This document shows positions 62,320 through 64,000 of a DNA stretch of 64,000 nucleotides, piece after piece. Origin of the DNA: Pristiophorus japonicus (taxonomy: Eukaryota); contig NC_091994.1 in assembly GCF_044704955.1 (NCBI RefSeq), forward strand, positions 27,714,001 through 27,778,000, given 5' to 3'. Numbering within the stretch: the first letter of the stretch is position 1; every line of letters starts with the position of its first letter. The notes beneath the pieces are model-generated. The model worked only from the letters and a program-made list of their open reading frames with translations. It had not been told where the DNA came from and searched no databases. The position numbers were made by a program, and so were the translations under genes.

Positions 62320-63755
62320 CATCATAGGCAGTCCCTCGGAATCGAGGAAAACTTGTTTCCACTCTTAGCATGAGTTCTTAGGTCCAATAGGTCACAGATG
62401 GGACAGATAGTCCTTGAGGGGAAGGGTGGGCAGGAAGCCTGGTTTTCCGCATGCTTCTTCTGCTGCCTGTGCTTGATTTCTGCATGCTCTCGGTGACGAT
62501 ACTCGAGCTCAGCGCCCTCCCACATGCACTTCCTCCACTTAGGGCAGTCTATCGCCAGGGACTCCCAGGTGTCAGTGGGGATGTCGCACTTTATCAGGGA
62601 GGCTTTGAGGGTGTCCTTGGAACATTTCCTCTGCCCGCTTTTGGCTCGTTTGCCGTGGATGAGCTCCTAGTAGAGCGCTTGCTTTGGGAGTCTCATGTCT
62701 GGCATACAAACTCTGGCCTGCCCAGCTGAGCTGATCAAGTGTCAGTGCTTCAATGCTGGGGATGTTGGCCTGGATGAGGACGCTAATGTTTGTGCGTCTG
62801 TCCTCCCAGGAGATTTTCAGGATCTTGCGGAGACATCACTGGTGGTATTTCTCCAGCGACTTGGTGTCTACTATACATGGTTCACGTCTCGGAGCCATAC
62901 AGAAGGACGGGTATTACTACGGCCCTGTAGACCATGAGTTTGGCGACAGTCTTGAGGTACTGGTCTTCAAGCAGTTTTCCTCAGGCGGCCGAAGACTCCA
63001 CTGGAGGCGGTGTTGGATCTCGTCGTCAATGCCTCCTCTTGTTGATAGGAGGCTCCTGAGATAGGGGAAGTGGTATATGTTGTTCAGGGCCACGCCGTGG
63101 ATCTTGATGTCTGAGGGGCTGTGCGATGAGGACAGGCTGGTGGAGGATCTTTGTCTTATTAATGTTTAGCGTAAGGCCCATGCTTTCATACGCCTCGGTA
63201 AATACGTCGATTATGTCCTGGAGTTCAGCCTCTGTGTGTGCACAGACGCAGGCGTCGTCCGCGTACTGTAGCTCAACAACAGAGGTTGGAGTGGTCTTGG
63301 ACCTGGCCTGGAGACGGCGCAGGTTGAACATCTTCCCACTGGTTCTGTAGTTAAGCTCCCCGCTGGAGTAGAACTAATCAACCACTGGGAAAGTCGTCGT
63401 TAGAGTCCTCCTCAACCGTCTTCTCCCCGTGGCCGAGGAGCTCCTCCCAGAGTCGCAGTGCAGATTTCCTCTCCTCTGGGGCACAACAGACATGATTTTT
63501 GCTGCGCAACAGCTGCAGGGAACAGCACCAGCCCTTATACATGGCCTTCTTCGACCTTACAAAGGCCTTGACACTCAACTGCGAGGGTCTACGGAGCATC
63601 CTCCTCCATTTCGGATGCCCTCAAAAGTACGTCACCATCCTCCGCCAACTCCATGATGACATGCAAGCCGTGATCCTTACCAACGGATCCATCACAGACC
63701 CAATTCACGTCCGGACCGGGGTCAAGCAGGGCTGCATCATCGCCCCAACCCTCTT
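62320..63755 (-). mobile_element. RTE-clade LINE with inverted 5' segment
   Basis: Minus 62320-63350: (TGA)n tail, LQYADDAC RT core; plus 63375-63755: LLPESQC, YMAFFDLTKA, TGVKQGCIIAPTL. Confidence 0.88.
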
Positions 63756-63756
63756 A

Positions 63757-64000
63757 ACATAGAAAATAGGTGCAGGAGTCGCCCATTCGGCCCTTCGAGC
63801 CTGCACCGCCATTCAATGAGTTCATGGCTGAACATGCAACTTCAGTACCCCATTCCTGCTTTCTCGCCATACCCCTTGATCCCCCCAGTAATAAGGACGA
63901 CATCTAACTCCTTTTTGAATATATTTGGTGAATTGGCCTCAACAACTTTCTGTGGTAGAGAATTCCACAGGTTCACCACTCTCTGGGTGAAGAAGTTTCT
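63757..64000 (-). mobile_element. CR1 LINE 3' end (runs off the window)
   Basis: Reverse complement of the 3' end at 26400-26650. Confidence 0.9.

Overview
Vertebrate genomic DNA, very probably a cartilaginous fish (shark). This is inferred from dense CR1 LINEs with (TATGTTTC)n tails and DeuSINE/SacSINE1-like SINEs. Three host genes are supported. (1) The 5' part of FZR1 (Cdh1, APC/C co-activator) on the minus strand. (2) A complete 4-coding-exon DOHH (deoxyhypusine hydroxylase, 299 aa) on the plus strand. (3) Between them, starting in the same CpG island as FZR1, an intact two-exon 425-aa gene derived from a PIF/Harbinger transposase. It is ALP1-like, not HARBI1, and its DDE triad is degenerate. 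It is the best candidate for an undescribed system: a domesticated, probably nuclease-dead transposase at the FZR1-DOHH head-to-head locus. Its 13-kb intron holds a CR1 LINE interrupted by an endogenous retrovirus with two 537-bp LTRs (about 97-98% identical), a tRNA-Leu PBS, integrase and a gamma-type env, but no recognisable protease or RT. The FZR1 5' intron region holds a dead autonomous Harbinger (transposase plus Myb/SANT ORF, TIRs). The window also has related Harbinger MITEs carrying a G-rich minisatellite, Tigger-like MITEs, RTE and Tx1 LINE fragments, a recent 295-bp inverted duplication and two assembly gaps. Repeat boundaries are read by eye and are approximate unless TIRs or TSDs are quoted.
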